In this document: piece after piece, positions 53,013 through 63,529 of the stretch
Layout of the letters: each line of letters starts with the position of its first letter
Numbering within the stretch: the stretch's first letter is position 1
Assembly (NCBI GenBank): GCA_963703225.1
Contig: OY969801.1
Span: 1,056,001 to 1,120,000, forward strand
Reading direction: 5' to 3'
Origin: Candidatus Eiseniibacteriota bacterium
Lineage (GTDB): Bacteria > Eisenbacteria > RBG-16-71-46 > SZUA-252
DNA length: 64,000 bases
Program-made: the position numbers and the translations under genes
Notes under the pieces: model-generated
Database searches by the model: none
What the model was told of the DNA's origin: nothing
The model's input: the letters and a program-made list of their open reading frames with translations, nothing else

Positions 53013-53582
53013 CTGGACGAGACCAAGCATCATTCAGCGAAGCCCGACGCCCCGGGGCTGCACGAGACGGACGCGCCGCGCCGCACGCCGCGGCCTCCGA
53101 TTGGGCTACCGATACTGCCCGACGGCCGTACCGCGCTCCCGGAAGGCAATCCCTGCGTCGGCTGCGATCACTGCTGCCGCCACGTCGCGCTCGAGATCGA
53201 CGCGCCGCGTACGAAACGAGACTTCGATAACATCCGATGGTACCTGCTCCACAAGAACATCTCGGTCATGCTCGACTGGGAGGGGAGTTGGCTGATCCAG
53301 TTCGACACGCCCTGCAACTGGCTGGTCGACGGGAAGTGTACCCACTACGCGCTCCGCCCCGAGATCTGCCGGGAATACGACCCGGCCGATTGCGAGCGCT
53401 ACAACCCGAATCCGGCCGAGAAGGTGCTGCTTCGAAACGAACGAGATCTGGAGAAGTTCCTCGTGGAGAGGGAAGCGCGACTGGCCGCTCGTCGGGCGCG
53501 ACAAGGCACCACCACACGCCGGGCGCGCAAGGGAACGGCCGCAAAGCCTCGAGCTACGCGGGCAAAGCGTCGGGTATACTGA
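53013..53582 (+). CDS. YkgJ-family Cys-cluster protein (probable CTG start)
   Basis: CVGCDHCC..CTHYALRPEICREY; frame open back to a CTG after GGAGG. Confidence 0.8.
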   Translation: MDETKHHSAKPDAPGLHETDAPRRTPRPPIGLPILPDGRTALPEGNPCVGCDHCCRHVALEIDAPRTKRDFDNIRWYLLHKNISVMLDWEGSWLIQFDTPCNWLVDGKCTHYALRPEICREYDPADCERYNPNPAEKVLLRNERDLEKFLVEREARLAARRARQGTTTRRARKGTAAKPRATRAKRRVY

Positions 53583-53620
53583 GTGCCTCGTTTGGATTCT
53601 CTCGCATCCTAGGGGCGGGA

Positions 53621-56011
53621 ATGGACGCGCTGCTCGGGAAGAAGCTGTCGCACTACAGCGTCGAAGAGAAGATCGGCGCCGGCGGGATGGGGGAAGTCTA
53701 TCGGGCGCGTGACACCCGCCTCGATCGGACGGTCGCCATCAAAGCCCTGCCAACGCCCGTGGCCGGCGACCCCGCGCGCTTGGCCCGCTTCGAGCGCGAA
53801 GCGAAGCTCCTTGCCTCCCTGAGCCACCCGAACATCGCGGGCATCTACGGACTCGAAGAAGTGGACGGCGCGCTCTACCTGGTCCTTGAGTTCATCCAGG
53901 GTGAGAGCCTCGCCCAGCGCCTCGCTCGAGGGCCGCTCGGCATTGCGGAAGCACTCGACATCGGCGGCCAGGTTGCCAGCGCGATCGAGGCCGCCCACGA
54001 GCGCGGGATTGTGCACCGCGACCTAAAGCCCGGCAACGTCATGGTCATGCCGCCGCGGACGGTGAAGGTGCTCGATTTCGGACTCGCGAAGGGCGACGGT
54101 TCCGCCCCGGGCCCTCCCGCGGCCCTCTCGGCCTCGCCCACCGTGGCGCATGCGGCCACGGCGGCCGGCATCGTCCTCGGCACCGCGCCCTATATGAGCC
54201 CCGAGCAGGCGCGCGGCAAGGAGGTCGACCGGCGAACCGACGTGTGGGCCTTCGGGTGCCTGCTGTTCGAGTGCCTCGCGGGTCGCCAAGCATTCGCCGG
54301 CGAAACCGCTTCGGACGTGATCGCACGGATTCTCGAGCGCGAGCCGGATTGGAGCCCCCTTCCGGCGTCGATGCCGCCGCGTCTTCGAGATCTATTGGAG
54401 CGATGTCTGACGAAGGATGTCGAACAGCGCCCGCGCGACATCGGGGATCTGCGGCGTGAGCTGGGCTCGATCGCGCAAGAGCTGTCATCCCCGGGGCGGC
54501 CGGCAGCGGCCCCGGCCACGGAGCGCCCGTCGCTCGCCGTGCTCTACTTCGAGAATTTGGCCAATGATCCCGAGAGCGAGTATTTCTGCGCGGGCATCAC
54601 GGAGGACATCCTCACTGACATCTCGAAGATCAAGGGGCTTCGCGTGGCGTCCCGAAACGCGGTTGCGCGTTATCGAGGCACGCCGGTCGACATCGGAACA
54701 GTGGCGTCGGAGCTGGGTGTGAGGGCCGTGCTCGAGGGGAGTGTCCGGAAGGCAGGGGATCGGGTTCGAATCACCGCGCAGCTCATTAACGCCGCCGATG
54801 GATTTCACCTCTGGGCGGAGCGGTACGATCGGACGCTTCAGGACGTTTTCTCGGTGCAGGAGGAAATCGCCTCCTCCATCGCGACAGCGCTGCGCGTCGC
54901 GCTCACCCCCGCCGAAACGCAAGGCTTGCTCCAGAACCGTCCGGACGATGTTCGCGCATACGACCTTTATTTGAAGGGACGCGCGCGGTACGGAAGCTAT
55001 ACGGCTGAATCGCTGCGCGACGCCCTCGACCTGTTCCAGAAGGCGGCCGCGATCGACCCCGACTACGCCCTGGCCTGGGCTGGAATCGCCGACTGCTACG
55101 GGCAAATGACGCAGTGGGGAATCGCAGCGGACATCGAGGAGGCCCTGCGGCTCGGTCTCGAGGCGGCGCGAAAGGCGATCGCGCTCAATCCACGCCTGCC
55201 CGAAGCCCACAAGGCCGAATCGCTCGTACTCCGTTACATGGGAGACGCTGTCGGCGCGCGGGCGTCCCTGACGAGGGCGCTCGAGGCTAACCCGCGTTTC
55301 GCGCCCGCCTTGATCAACCTCGCTGTGGATTCGTTCGACCATGCCGATCTCGCCGGCGCCGAGCGGCTGATCCGCCGCGTCCTGGACCTTGATGCCCAGG
55401 ACGCATTCGCCACGACCTGGCTCGCAGCTCTCTTGGTCTATACCAGCCGGTACGATCAGGCGATCGCGGCCGGCACCCGAGTCCGAACCTTGTCCTCGGA
55501 CACGTTCTACGTCACCGCGTCCTACATCCTCCGGGCCTGGGCCAACCTCTCGCGTGGCGACCTCGCCGCCGCGGAACAGGCGATGCGCGAGGGCGCCGCG
55601 GACGGTGCCGATCCTGTCAACCTGCGCGGTGTCGAAGCCATGCTCGCGGCGCGAGCGGGTCGTCTCGACGAGGCGGGACGGATACTGCGCGGGATCGCGG
55701 ATGCGAAGAACCTGGGCGCGGGAAGCATCTCGGTCGCGGCTGGCGCGGCCGCCCGCGTGGGAGACCCGGAGCTATCCGCCCGATTCCTGGAAAAGGTGAC
55801 CGGGACCCGGATGAGCGGCACAATGGCGCGCCTCGATCCGGAGCTTCACCCGCTTCTCGATCGGCCGTCGTTGGCCCCGCGCAGGCGGGACGTCACCCTC
55901 ATCTGGCCACTTGAAGCGCCGATGATCGACCCCGCCCGCTACGTGCTGTTCAAGGAAGTGCGGATCGAATCGGGGCTTCCGCAGGGGAGCGACCTACTGG
56001 CCTCCCGCTAG
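53621..56011 (+). CDS. Ser/Thr protein kinase with TolB-N-like and TPR domains
   Basis: Kinase motifs; SLAVLYFEN; TPR. Confidence 0.95.
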   Translation: MDALLGKKLSHYSVEEKIGAGGMGEVYRARDTRLDRTVAIKALPTPVAGDPARLARFEREAKLLASLSHPNIAGIYGLEEVDGALYLVLEFIQGESLAQRLARGPLGIAEALDIGGQVASAIEAAHERGIVHRDLKPGNVMVMPPRTVKVLDFGLAKGDGSAPGPPAALSASPTVAHAATAAGIVLGTAPYMSPEQARGKEVDRRTDVWAFGCLLFECLAGRQAFAGETASDVIARILEREPDWSPLPASMPPRLRDLLERCLTKDVEQRPRDIGDLRRELGSIAQELSSPGRPAAAPATERPSLAVLYFENLANDPESEYFCAGITEDILTDISKIKGLRVASRNAVARYRGTPVDIGTVASELGVRAVLEGSVRKAGDRVRITAQLINAADGFHLWAERYDRTLQDVFSVQEEIASSIATALRVALTPAETQGLLQNRPDDVRAYDLYLKGRARYGSYTAESLRDALDLFQKAAAIDPDYALAWAGIADCYGQMTQWGIAADIEEALRLGLEAARKAIALNPRLPEAHKAESLVLRYMGDAVGARASLTRALEANPRFAPALINLAVDSFDHADLAGAERLIRRVLDLDAQDAFATTWLAALLVYTSRYDQAIAAGTRVRTLSSDTFYVTASYILRAWANLSRGDLAAAEQAMREGAADGADPVNLRGVEAMLAARAGRLDEAGRILRGIADAKNLGAGSISVAAGAAARVGDPELSARFLEKVTGTRMSGTMARLDPELHPLLDRPSLAPRRRDVTLIWPLEAPMIDPARYVLFKEVRIESGLPQGSDLLASR

Positions 56012-56739
56012 GGCCGGGTCTCGAAGCCGCGCATCAGCTCCACGGGGTCGTGAATCCGCAGCACGCCGACCGAAAGATAGACCTGAGCGTGGGCCGTTCC
56101 GATCGCGAAGCCATTCACGCGCGAGGCCGCTTCCACCAGCTCCACGACTCCTGGCGTCGCCGATTTCGGCCTGGGCTTCTCCGGATTGAAGAACTGCGTC
56201 CGATGGGCAGACAGGGCCCTCATCCAGTCGTCGAAGTAGGGGGAGACGTCGACGATGAAGGTCGGCTTGGTCCCCGGAGGGATGAAGTAGTAGAAGATCG
56301 CCTTCGCCTGGTGCGGTTCCCCTGGAATCGGGGCCTTGCGAAGGTGGGCTAGATTGAAAGCTTGGGAGACCAGCTCGCCCGTCTTGAAATGATCGTTGTG
56401 GCCTAGCCCACGACCGATCGGCAGATCGTAGTAGGGGGCGAACAGCACGTCGGGGCGGTACTTTCGGATCACCGCGGCGACCTTGCATCGATTCTCGAAC
56501 GTGTCTTCGATTTGATGATCTCCGAGATCCAGATTCTCGCGCACGTCGAACTTCAATATTTTGGCCGCCTCCTCGCACTCCCGATCGCGTTCGTCCGGAG
56601 TGCCCCAGCCCATGTCGCCCCGCGTCATGTCGATGATCGCGGTGGTGTGGCCCAAATCCTTCATCTTGAGCAGCAGGCCGCCGGCGCCGATCTCGGCGTC
56701 GTCGGGGTGTGGTCCAAAGACCATGATGTCGATCTTCAT
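56008..56739 (-). CDS. bshB1: PIG-L family deacetylase, BshB1-like
   Basis: PHPDDAEIGAGG, TRGDMG, HNDH. Confidence 0.7.
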   Translation of the reverse strand: MKIDIMVFGPHPDDAEIGAGGLLLKMKDLGHTTAIIDMTRGDMGWGTPDERDRECEEAAKILKFDVRENLDLGDHQIEDTFENRCKVAAVIRKYRPDVLFAPYYDLPIGRGLGHNDHFKTGELVSQAFNLAHLRKAPIPGEPHQAKAIFYYFIPPGTKPTFIVDVSPYFDDWMRALSAHRTQFFNPEKPRPKSATPGVVELVEAASRVNGFAIGTAHAQVYLSVGVLRIHDPVELMRGFETRP

Positions 56740-57047
56740 TCGGGGTCGGGCTCCTTGGGCTTGAAGAGCGAATCGAGCTTCGATCGGGCTGCCTGCGCGC
56801 GGTCGGTCCGCGCGCCCGCCGCGCCGGCGACGGCGGCGTTCAACGAGAAATAGTCACAAAAGTTCCGCCGGTCGCGGTCGGTGACCCATTCGGCATTGGG
56901 CTCGCGGCACTGATTGTGGACGTGGGGGTCGTGGTGGCGACACTGAACGCACGCGTGGAGGTCCCTCTGGCAGTTGGGGCAGACGCTATCCCGAACGATC
57001 CGCATCTTGGGATCGAGCGACGTGTGACAGAAATGACAGGCGCTCAT
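56736..57047 (-). CDS. Hypothetical Cys-rich protein
   Basis: Three CxxC motifs, NFCDYF, LDSLFK. Confidence 0.75.
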   Translation of the reverse strand: MSACHFCHTSLDPKMRIVRDSVCPNCQRDLHACVQCRHHDPHVHNQCREPNAEWVTDRDRRNFCDYFSLNAAVAGAAGARTDRAQAARSKLDSLFKPKEPDPE

Positions 57048-57134
57048 AGACCGGATCCTCCCCGAATGAGTCCGAAATGATAGGGAGGAGGCGCGCTCTT
57101 GACAATACCGCACTGGCGCCCGATCATTCCCGCC

Positions 57135-58010
57135 ATGCTGCAGTCGGCTTCGAAATGGATCGTCAGCACAATCTCCGTCGCGCTACTCGTCGGGGGTTGC
57201 GCGTCAGCAAAGAAACAAGCTCCAGCGGTCACGTGGACCACCGCGATGGACGCAGCATTGGCCGATGCGGGGAAGGCCAATCGGCCGATCCTCATGGATT
57301 TCTACACCGACTGGTGCGAGTGGTGCACCGCGCTCGACGACACGACCTATAAGGACGCCCAATTCATCGAGTACTCCAAGAAGTTCACGTGCGGAAGGGT
57401 GAACGCCGAGGTGGATACGGTGAGCGCGGCTCGGTACCACGTCCGCAGCTACCCGACGGTCATCATCATGAAGCCGGACGGCACCGAGATCGATCGGGTG
57501 GTGGGCTACTCCCGCGCCCCCGAGTTCATCGCCCAGATCGAGGATTACATGGCGGGCCGGAACACGCTCGCCGCGCTGATCGCGGAAGAGCCGGCGAAGG
57601 GCTCCGATCCCCTCTTTCTGGTCAAGCTGGCCGAGCGGTATCAGGATCACGGACTCTGGCCGGAAGCAAGGGCCCGGTATGAGAAGGTCGTCGCCATGGA
57701 TCCCAAGAACACGAGCGGCCAGATCGACGACGTGCTGATGACCCTGGCGCGGGCGAGCCGCAGGGAGAAGAATTACGCCCCGGGCCGCAAGTACGCGCAG
57801 ACCGTCCTCGACCAGTACCCTGACAGCGACTGCGCCAGCTCCGCGCTCCTCGAGCTGGCGATCAACTGGAAGAAGGCTGGGGAACCCGCCAAGGCGCGCC
57901 CCATCTTCCTCGATTTCGCGAAACGATACCCGAGCGACGGCGATGCCGCGTACGCTCGGGAACAGGCCGATTCCATGGCCGTGAAGATCGCCCAGAAGAC
58001 CGGCGCTTGA
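57135..58010 (+). CDS. Thioredoxin-fold + TPR lipoprotein
   Basis: VGGC lipobox; DWCEWC; YPT; TPR. Confidence 0.85.
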   Translation: MLQSASKWIVSTISVALLVGGCASAKKQAPAVTWTTAMDAALADAGKANRPILMDFYTDWCEWCTALDDTTYKDAQFIEYSKKFTCGRVNAEVDTVSAARYHVRSYPTVIIMKPDGTEIDRVVGYSRAPEFIAQIEDYMAGRNTLAALIAEEPAKGSDPLFLVKLAERYQDHGLWPEARARYEKVVAMDPKNTSGQIDDVLMTLARASRREKNYAPGRKYAQTVLDQYPDSDCASSALLELAINWKKAGEPAKARPIFLDFAKRYPSDGDAAYAREQADSMAVKIAQKTGA

Positions 58011-58035
58011 CGCGCCGACCCACCCCAAGCACGAC

Positions 58036-59115
58036 ATGAAGCTCGGTATCCTGGGACCGCCCCAAAGCGGAAAGACCACGCTGTTCGCGGCGCTCACCCG
58101 CGGGCAGGCGGAGTCGGGGTCGGCGCGGGGTGAAAAGGTTCACCTCGGCTCGGTGAAGGTCCCCGACGCCCGCCTGGATCGCCTCCGCGAGATCTACCAG
58201 CCGAAGAAGTTCACGCCCGCGAAGGTCGACTACGTCGATGCCCCCGCGCTCGAGACCTCGAAGGGCGAGCGCGGCGCCCTCGCGGCCTTGAGCGCGCTGC
58301 GAGACGTCGACGCGTTCGTCCTCGTGATCCGCGCGTTCGAGAATCCCTCGGTGCCCCACTTCATGGACACCGTCGACGCCGCCCGCGACGCGGCCTGGTT
58401 CTCGGGAGAGCTTCTGCTCGAGGATCTTGCGGTCATCGAGCGGCGGCTCGACCGAATCGAGAAGGCGGTCAAGGTGGGGAAGAAGCCCGAGGATCCGAAC
58501 GAGTACGAGGCGCTCAAGAAGGTGAAGGCGGCGCTGGAGTCGGAGCAGCCGGCCCGGGCCGCGGGGCTCACCCCGGTCCAGGAACGCTCCCTTCGGGGTT
58601 TCCAGCTCCTGTCCGGACGCCCGTGGATCGCCGTCGTGAACACGGACGATGCGTCCTTGAAGCTGGGGGAGGCGGCGCTCGCCGATCCGGTGCGCCGGCT
58701 CCTGCCGGCTCCGACACCGGTCCTGGTCCTTTCCGCCAAGACCGAAGCCGAGCTGGTGGCGCTACCTGACGACGAAGCGCGCGAGTTCATGGCCATGCTC
58801 GGCATCAGCGAGCCGGGGCTGACCCGCATGATCCGAGCCTCCTACGAGGCGCTCGGCCTGATCTCCTTCTTCACGGTCGGGGAGGACGAGGTTCGCGCTT
58901 GGACCGTCCGGGAAGGCGCCCAGGCGCCGGAGGCCGCCGGGACCATCCACAGCGACATGGAACGGGGCTTCATCCGGGCCGAAGCCATCGGATTCGAGGA
59001 CCTGATCCAGGCCGGCACGATGGCCAAAGCTCGGGAGCGGGGGCTCTTGCGGACCGAGGGGAGAGAATATAGAGTCCGGGATGGCGACATACTGAACATC
59101 CGCTTCAGCGTCTGA
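58036..59115 (+). CDS. ychF: YchF-family ATPase
   Basis: GKTTLF, FFTVGEDEVRAW, AAGTIHSDMERGFIRAE. Confidence 0.92.
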   Translation: MKLGILGPPQSGKTTLFAALTRGQAESGSARGEKVHLGSVKVPDARLDRLREIYQPKKFTPAKVDYVDAPALETSKGERGALAALSALRDVDAFVLVIRAFENPSVPHFMDTVDAARDAAWFSGELLLEDLAVIERRLDRIEKAVKVGKKPEDPNEYEALKKVKAALESEQPARAAGLTPVQERSLRGFQLLSGRPWIAVVNTDDASLKLGEAALADPVRRLLPAPTPVLVLSAKTEAELVALPDDEAREFMAMLGISEPGLTRMIRASYEALGLISFFTVGEDEVRAWTVREGAQAPEAAGTIHSDMERGFIRAEAIGFEDLIQAGTMAKARERGLLRTEGREYRVRDGDILNIRFSV

Positions 59116-59190
59116 GGGAAACTTCCCGCGCGGGCCGGACGTAAAGAGGTTGTAGGGATTTTCGTTCGGACTCGATCCGGGAGGAGCGGA

Positions 59191-60078
59191 ATGAAGGCAC
59201 GGGTGGGTTTCGGATTGGCCCTCGTGGCGGGGCTTTCGCTCGCCACGGCCTGTGGTTTGCCAAGAGCGGAGGCGGCCCAGCTTCGAGAGGTGACCGAGCG
59301 GGTTTTCCCGTTCGAGCCCGGCGGGGAGCTCCGGATCAACAGCCAGAACGGCCGGATCGTCGTCGAGGCCTGGGATCGACCCGAGGCGCGCGTCCAGATC
59401 ACCCGCGAGGTGCGCGCCAACGAGGACCAGCGGGCCGCCGAGCTGATGAAGGAGCTTCGCGCGGACGTCACGCTCGCGAAGGGCAGCATCGTCATCGAGA
59501 GTAAGTATCCCAAGCGAGCGGAGAGCGTCGGCATCTGGGATGTGCTGGGCCAGCGGGTGACCGCGCTCAACGTTCACTATTACGTCCAGGTTCCGACCAA
59601 GACCCGCGTGGTTCTCATGACCTCGAACGGCGAGCTTCGGGTTCGGGGCATAACGGGACACGTCGTGGGGCAGACGGTGAATGGCAACGTCGACGTGACG
59701 TCGGCGACGGGCCACGTCGAGGTAAGCACCACCAACGGCGACATTCGCCTGGCCGGAATCGTAGGCTCGGCTCGGGCCGGGACCACGAACGGCGGGATCA
59801 ACGCAGAGATCCGCAGACTGCAGTCCGGAGAGGGCGTTGATCTCCAGACGACGAACGGGAACGTGACCGCCGCCCTGCCGAGCGATCTCAAGGGGGTGAT
59901 CGAGGCGGTGACGACGAACGGCAGGGTGAGCATCGGTTATTCCTTCGAGAAGCTGGGGGTCTCGAGCTCCAAGGTCGTCTATGGGAAGATCGGCGGCGGC
60001 GATGGATCGGCCGTGAAACTGAGAACGACAAACGGAAACGTGACGGTCAAGAAGGTGGGGGAGAGCGCCAGCGGCTAG
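59191..60078 (+). CDS. DUF4097 beta-strand repeat protein
   Basis: TxNG repeats; signal peptide. Confidence 0.85.
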   Translation: MKARVGFGLALVAGLSLATACGLPRAEAAQLREVTERVFPFEPGGELRINSQNGRIVVEAWDRPEARVQITREVRANEDQRAAELMKELRADVTLAKGSIVIESKYPKRAESVGIWDVLGQRVTALNVHYYVQVPTKTRVVLMTSNGELRVRGITGHVVGQTVNGNVDVTSATGHVEVSTTNGDIRLAGIVGSARAGTTNGGINAEIRRLQSGEGVDLQTTNGNVTAALPSDLKGVIEAVTTNGRVSIGYSFEKLGVSSSKVVYGKIGGGDGSAVKLRTTNGNVTVKKVGESASG

Positions 60079-60093
60079 GCCGGGAGGCAATAC

Positions 60094-60666
60094 TTGAGCA
60101 CCGCCATTCCGAGCAGCAACATCACCGCCACCGGGCCGATGACGCGCGGCGATTTCCTTTTGATGCTCTATTGGTACGTGGACACGAACGCCGTGCCCAA
60201 GGTGGTGGGGATCGCGGGGCTTTCCCGGCTGACCCGCGTCGCCCTGATTCTGGGGAGTGAAACCGGGCTCGATCGCAGCATCGCGCCCTTCTTCTCGTTC
60301 CATGCGACGCCGGGTGGCGGCATCGCGAGCGTCGACGTCTGGGACGAGCTCTTGGGCCTACGCGCGTATCAGGTGGTGACGCCGCTTCCGGTCGGTGAGC
60401 CGTTGCCGCCGGAGGAGCTGGCCGAGCGGAAGTACCTGCTCGAGAAGCACATCCCCGCGCACGAGCGCGCGCACTATCCGCTTCCCACGGAGTTCGAGCG
60501 GGACGTCTTGACGAACAAGGGCACGTTCTTCGCCGCGAAGCGGGAGGACCAGATGGTGGAGCGGCGGATCGCCGTCTTCAAGAAGGTCGTCGAGCTGGCC
60601 CAGCTGCCCCTCGCCGAGCTGACCATGCGCGCTCAGTCTCATATGAGCGTCGCCGCGGCGCGGTAG
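60094..60666 (+). CDS. Hypothetical protein
   Basis: GGAGG RBS; co-directional with neighbours. Confidence 0.7.
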   Translation: MSTAIPSSNITATGPMTRGDFLLMLYWYVDTNAVPKVVGIAGLSRLTRVALILGSETGLDRSIAPFFSFHATPGGGIASVDVWDELLGLRAYQVVTPLPVGEPLPPEELAERKYLLEKHIPAHERAHYPLPTEFERDVLTNKGTFFAAKREDQMVERRIAVFKKVVELAQLPLAELTMRAQSHMSVAAAR

Positions 60667-60708
60667 CCTCGCACGCCGTTACTTAAGCAAAGTCCCGGGA
60701 GGCCCGGC

Positions 60709-60912
60709 TTGCTTCGCTTTCTGATCGGCACGATCTTCCTGCTTCTGACACTCCGCTTCATCGTCTCGCTCGGCAGGCTCCTCGCGTCCGGGAGAAGGCG
60801 CCCCGAGATCGATCCGGAGCAACGCGCGGATCCCAAACCAGGACCGCGGCTCGATCCTTCGAAAGCGATCGACGTTCCGTTCACGGAGATTCCCCCCGAA
60901 TCACCTCGATGA
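60709..60912 (+). CDS. Small membrane-anchored hypothetical protein
   Basis: TM segment and IDVPFTE tail; stop overlaps the rarA start. Confidence 0.65.
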   Translation: MLRFLIGTIFLLLTLRFIVSLGRLLASGRRRPEIDPEQRADPKPGPRLDPSKAIDVPFTEIPPESPR

Positions 60913-62270
60913 GCGACGACGCGCCCCTCGATCTCTTTCCCGATCGACCCGGCGGGCGCCGCGCCGCCCAAACGCCGCTCGCGGAGCGGATGCGCCCGCG
61001 TTCTCTCGAAGAGTTCGAAGGAAGGGAAGCGCTCCTCGGTCCCGGCTCGCTGCTGGGGTCGTCCATCGAGTCGGGCGTGCTTCCGTCGCTGATTTTCTGG
61101 GGCCCTCCCGGCAGCGGGAAGACGACGCTCGCGCGCCTCCTCGCCAAAGCCAGCGGCGCCGACTTCGTCGCCTTCAGCGCGGTCACCTCCGGCGTCAAGG
61201 AGGTGCGCGAGGTGATCGAGCGGGCCCGGGTCGCCCGGCGCGCGACGGGGACCGCCACTCTCCTCTTCGTCGACGAAATCCATCGGTTCAACAAGGCGCA
61301 GCAGGACGCGTTTCTGCCGCACGTCGAGGACGGGACGATCGTCCTGATGGGGGCGACCACCGAGAACCCGTCGTTCGAGGTCAATAACGCGCTCCTCTCC
61401 CGGATGAAGGTCATCGTGCTCCCGATGCTTCGGGAGGACGCGCTCGTGCGAATCTTGAGGAGAGCGGTGGGAGACGTCGAGCGCGGGTTGGGATCGTCCG
61501 GGATCGGCGCCGCCGAGGCCACCCTGGCGCTGATCGCGTCGATTTCGGGTGGCGACGCCCGGATCGCGCTCCAGACGCTGGAGGTCGCGGTCGGATTGGC
61601 GCGCCGGGGCCGGCGAAAGGAAATCTCCGCCGAGGACGTTCGGGAGGCCGCGCAGCGCCGCGCTCTCCCCTACGATCGTGTCGGCGAAGAGCACTACAAC
61701 ATCATCTCGGCGCTCCATAAGTGCATTCGAGGGAGCGACCCCGACGCGGGGCTCTACTGGCTGGCGCGGATGCTCGAGGCGGGGGAGGACCCGCTCTACG
61801 TGGCCCGCCGCCTAGTGCGCTTCGCCTCCGAGGACGTGGGATTGGCCGACCCGGAGGCCCTCCGGTTGGCGATCGCGGTCCGCGACACGGTCCACTTCCT
61901 CGGCATGCCCGAAGGGAATACCGCCCTCGCCCAGTTGGTCGTCTACCTCGCGCTGGCGCCCAAGAGCAACTCCATCTACCTGGCCTACCAGCGCGCGGCG
62001 CGGGACGCGACCGAGAAGGCGCCCTATCCGGTGCCGCTTTGGATCCGGAACGCGCCGACCAAGCTGATGAAGGATTTGGGCTACGGCGAAGGGTACGAGT
62101 ACGCCCACGACTACGACGACGCCATCGTCACGCAGCGATACCTGCCCGAGGAGCTGGGGGACGTCACCTACTGGAAAGGGGTCGCGCGGGGGTTTGAGAA
62201 GGAGCTGCTCGAGAGGCTGGAGCGCATCAAGGCTGAGAAAGCGAAGCGACGGGGCAAGGACGGCCGGTGA
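60909..62270 (+). CDS. rarA: Replication-associated recombination protein A
   Basis: PLAERMRP, GPPGSGKT, DEIHRFNKAQQD, SEDVGLADP. Confidence 0.95.
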   Translation: MSDDAPLDLFPDRPGGRRAAQTPLAERMRPRSLEEFEGREALLGPGSLLGSSIESGVLPSLIFWGPPGSGKTTLARLLAKASGADFVAFSAVTSGVKEVREVIERARVARRATGTATLLFVDEIHRFNKAQQDAFLPHVEDGTIVLMGATTENPSFEVNNALLSRMKVIVLPMLREDALVRILRRAVGDVERGLGSSGIGAAEATLALIASISGGDARIALQTLEVAVGLARRGRRKEISAEDVREAAQRRALPYDRVGEEHYNIISALHKCIRGSDPDAGLYWLARMLEAGEDPLYVARRLVRFASEDVGLADPEALRLAIAVRDTVHFLGMPEGNTALAQLVVYLALAPKSNSIYLAYQRAARDATEKAPYPVPLWIRNAPTKLMKDLGYGEGYEYAHDYDDAIVTQRYLPEELGDVTYWKGVARGFEKELLERLERIKAEKAKRRGKDGR

Positions 62271-63529
62271 CCCTGCCGCTCGACCGCCATTGGAAGAACA
62301 TCGGTTGCCTCCTGTCGGTGGAGGCGTTCTGGGGCTTGTCTCTATCCCTCATCTCGATGGTCGCGGTGCTGCCTGTCTTCTTGAGGCAGCTTGGAGCGAC
62401 CAACGCCGTGATCGGGGTCCTTCCGATCGTCTGGTTGATCACCGCGAACTTCTCCGGCTTGTTCGCGGCCCACTTCACGAGCCGGCTCACACACAGAAAG
62501 CGGGCGGTTCTCCTTCTTCATGCGGTGGTGGCGATTCCGTACATTCTGCTCTCGCTGTGGTTCTGGCGCGCCGTGCGCCCCGCAGCATGGATGGATATCT
62601 CGGCGCTTCTTCTCGGCTGGGGAGCCTCGTGGATCATCATGGGGTTCACCATCCCGGTCTGGATCAATTTCATCGGAAAGGTGACGCGCCCCGAGCTGCG
62701 CGCCCGTTCCTTCGGCGTCATCTTCTTCTTCCAGACCCTCGCGGGCTCGATTGGAGGCTGGATCGGAAGCCGCGTCTTGGGCGCCGGCCTCCCGTTTCCA
62801 ACGAATTACGCATTAGGTTTCCTCGTCGCGGCCATCTGCATGGCCGCGGGAGCCCTCTTCTTTCTGCCGGTAAAGGAGGAGGCGGGCGCGACCGCCGAGC
62901 CGGGCAGGGCGTTCTCCACGATTGTGAAGACTGCGCGAGAAATCCTTCAAAGTCGTGGGGGCGTGCGCGTCTATCTGCTGGTGCTCCTCTTCTCCGTGGG
63001 ACGCTTCCTCCTGATCACGTACTATCCGGTCTACGCGGAGGAGAAGTTCGCGCTCCTGCCGCGCGACTCGGCGCTCTATACGGCGGTGTTCATGTCCGGC
63101 CAGATGCTCGGCAGCATCTTCACGGGGATGATCGGGGATCGCTACGGATACTCCCGCGTCGCGGTGATCGCGATGGCAGCCCTGACGGTGGGGCTCGGCC
63201 TCGCCATCTTCGGGCACCATCCGGCCTTCTACTTTGCGACCGCGTTCTCCCTAGGCATCTTCTTTGTCGCCGACGTGCTCGCCCTCTTCAATCTGTCGAT
63301 GGCCTTCTCGCCGCACGAAGACAACACCGCCTACTTGGGAATCATCCCTGCCTTGGTGACTCCGATCACAGCACTGGCCGCCGGATCTTCGGGATCTTTC
63401 ATCGATCACTTCGGATTCATCCCGGTCGCCTGGGTCGGGCTTGCCGGTGCCGCGGTGGCGCTATATCTTGTCCTCTTCCACCTTCCGGAGCCCGCGTACT
63501 CGCCGGCGAGAAGGAGAGCAGCGAATTGA
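62267..63529 (+). CDS. MFS transporter
   Basis: ~12 TM segments; GDRYG. Confidence 0.85.
   Translation: MTLPLDRHWKNIGCLLSVEAFWGLSLSLISMVAVLPVFLRQLGATNAVIGVLPIVWLITANFSGLFAAHFTSRLTHRKRAVLLLHAVVAIPYILLSLWFWRAVRPAAWMDISALLLGWGASWIIMGFTIPVWINFIGKVTRPELRARSFGVIFFFQTLAGSIGGWIGSRVLGAGLPFPTNYALGFLVAAICMAAGALFFLPVKEEAGATAEPGRAFSTIVKTAREILQSRGGVRVYLLVLLFSVGRFLLITYYPVYAEEKFALLPRDSALYTAVFMSGQMLGSIFTGMIGDRYGYSRVAVIAMAALTVGLGLAIFGHHPAFYFATAFSLGIFFVADVLALFNLSMAFSPHEDNTAYLGIIPALVTPITALAAGSSGSFIDHFGFIPVAWVGLAGAAVALYLVLFHLPEPAYSPARRRAAN

Noticed and set aside
58762..61718. Long antisense ORFs (513 aa, 359 aa, and similar ones elsewhere)
   Set aside because: Shadow ORFs opposite well-supported genes, typical of high-GC DNA.
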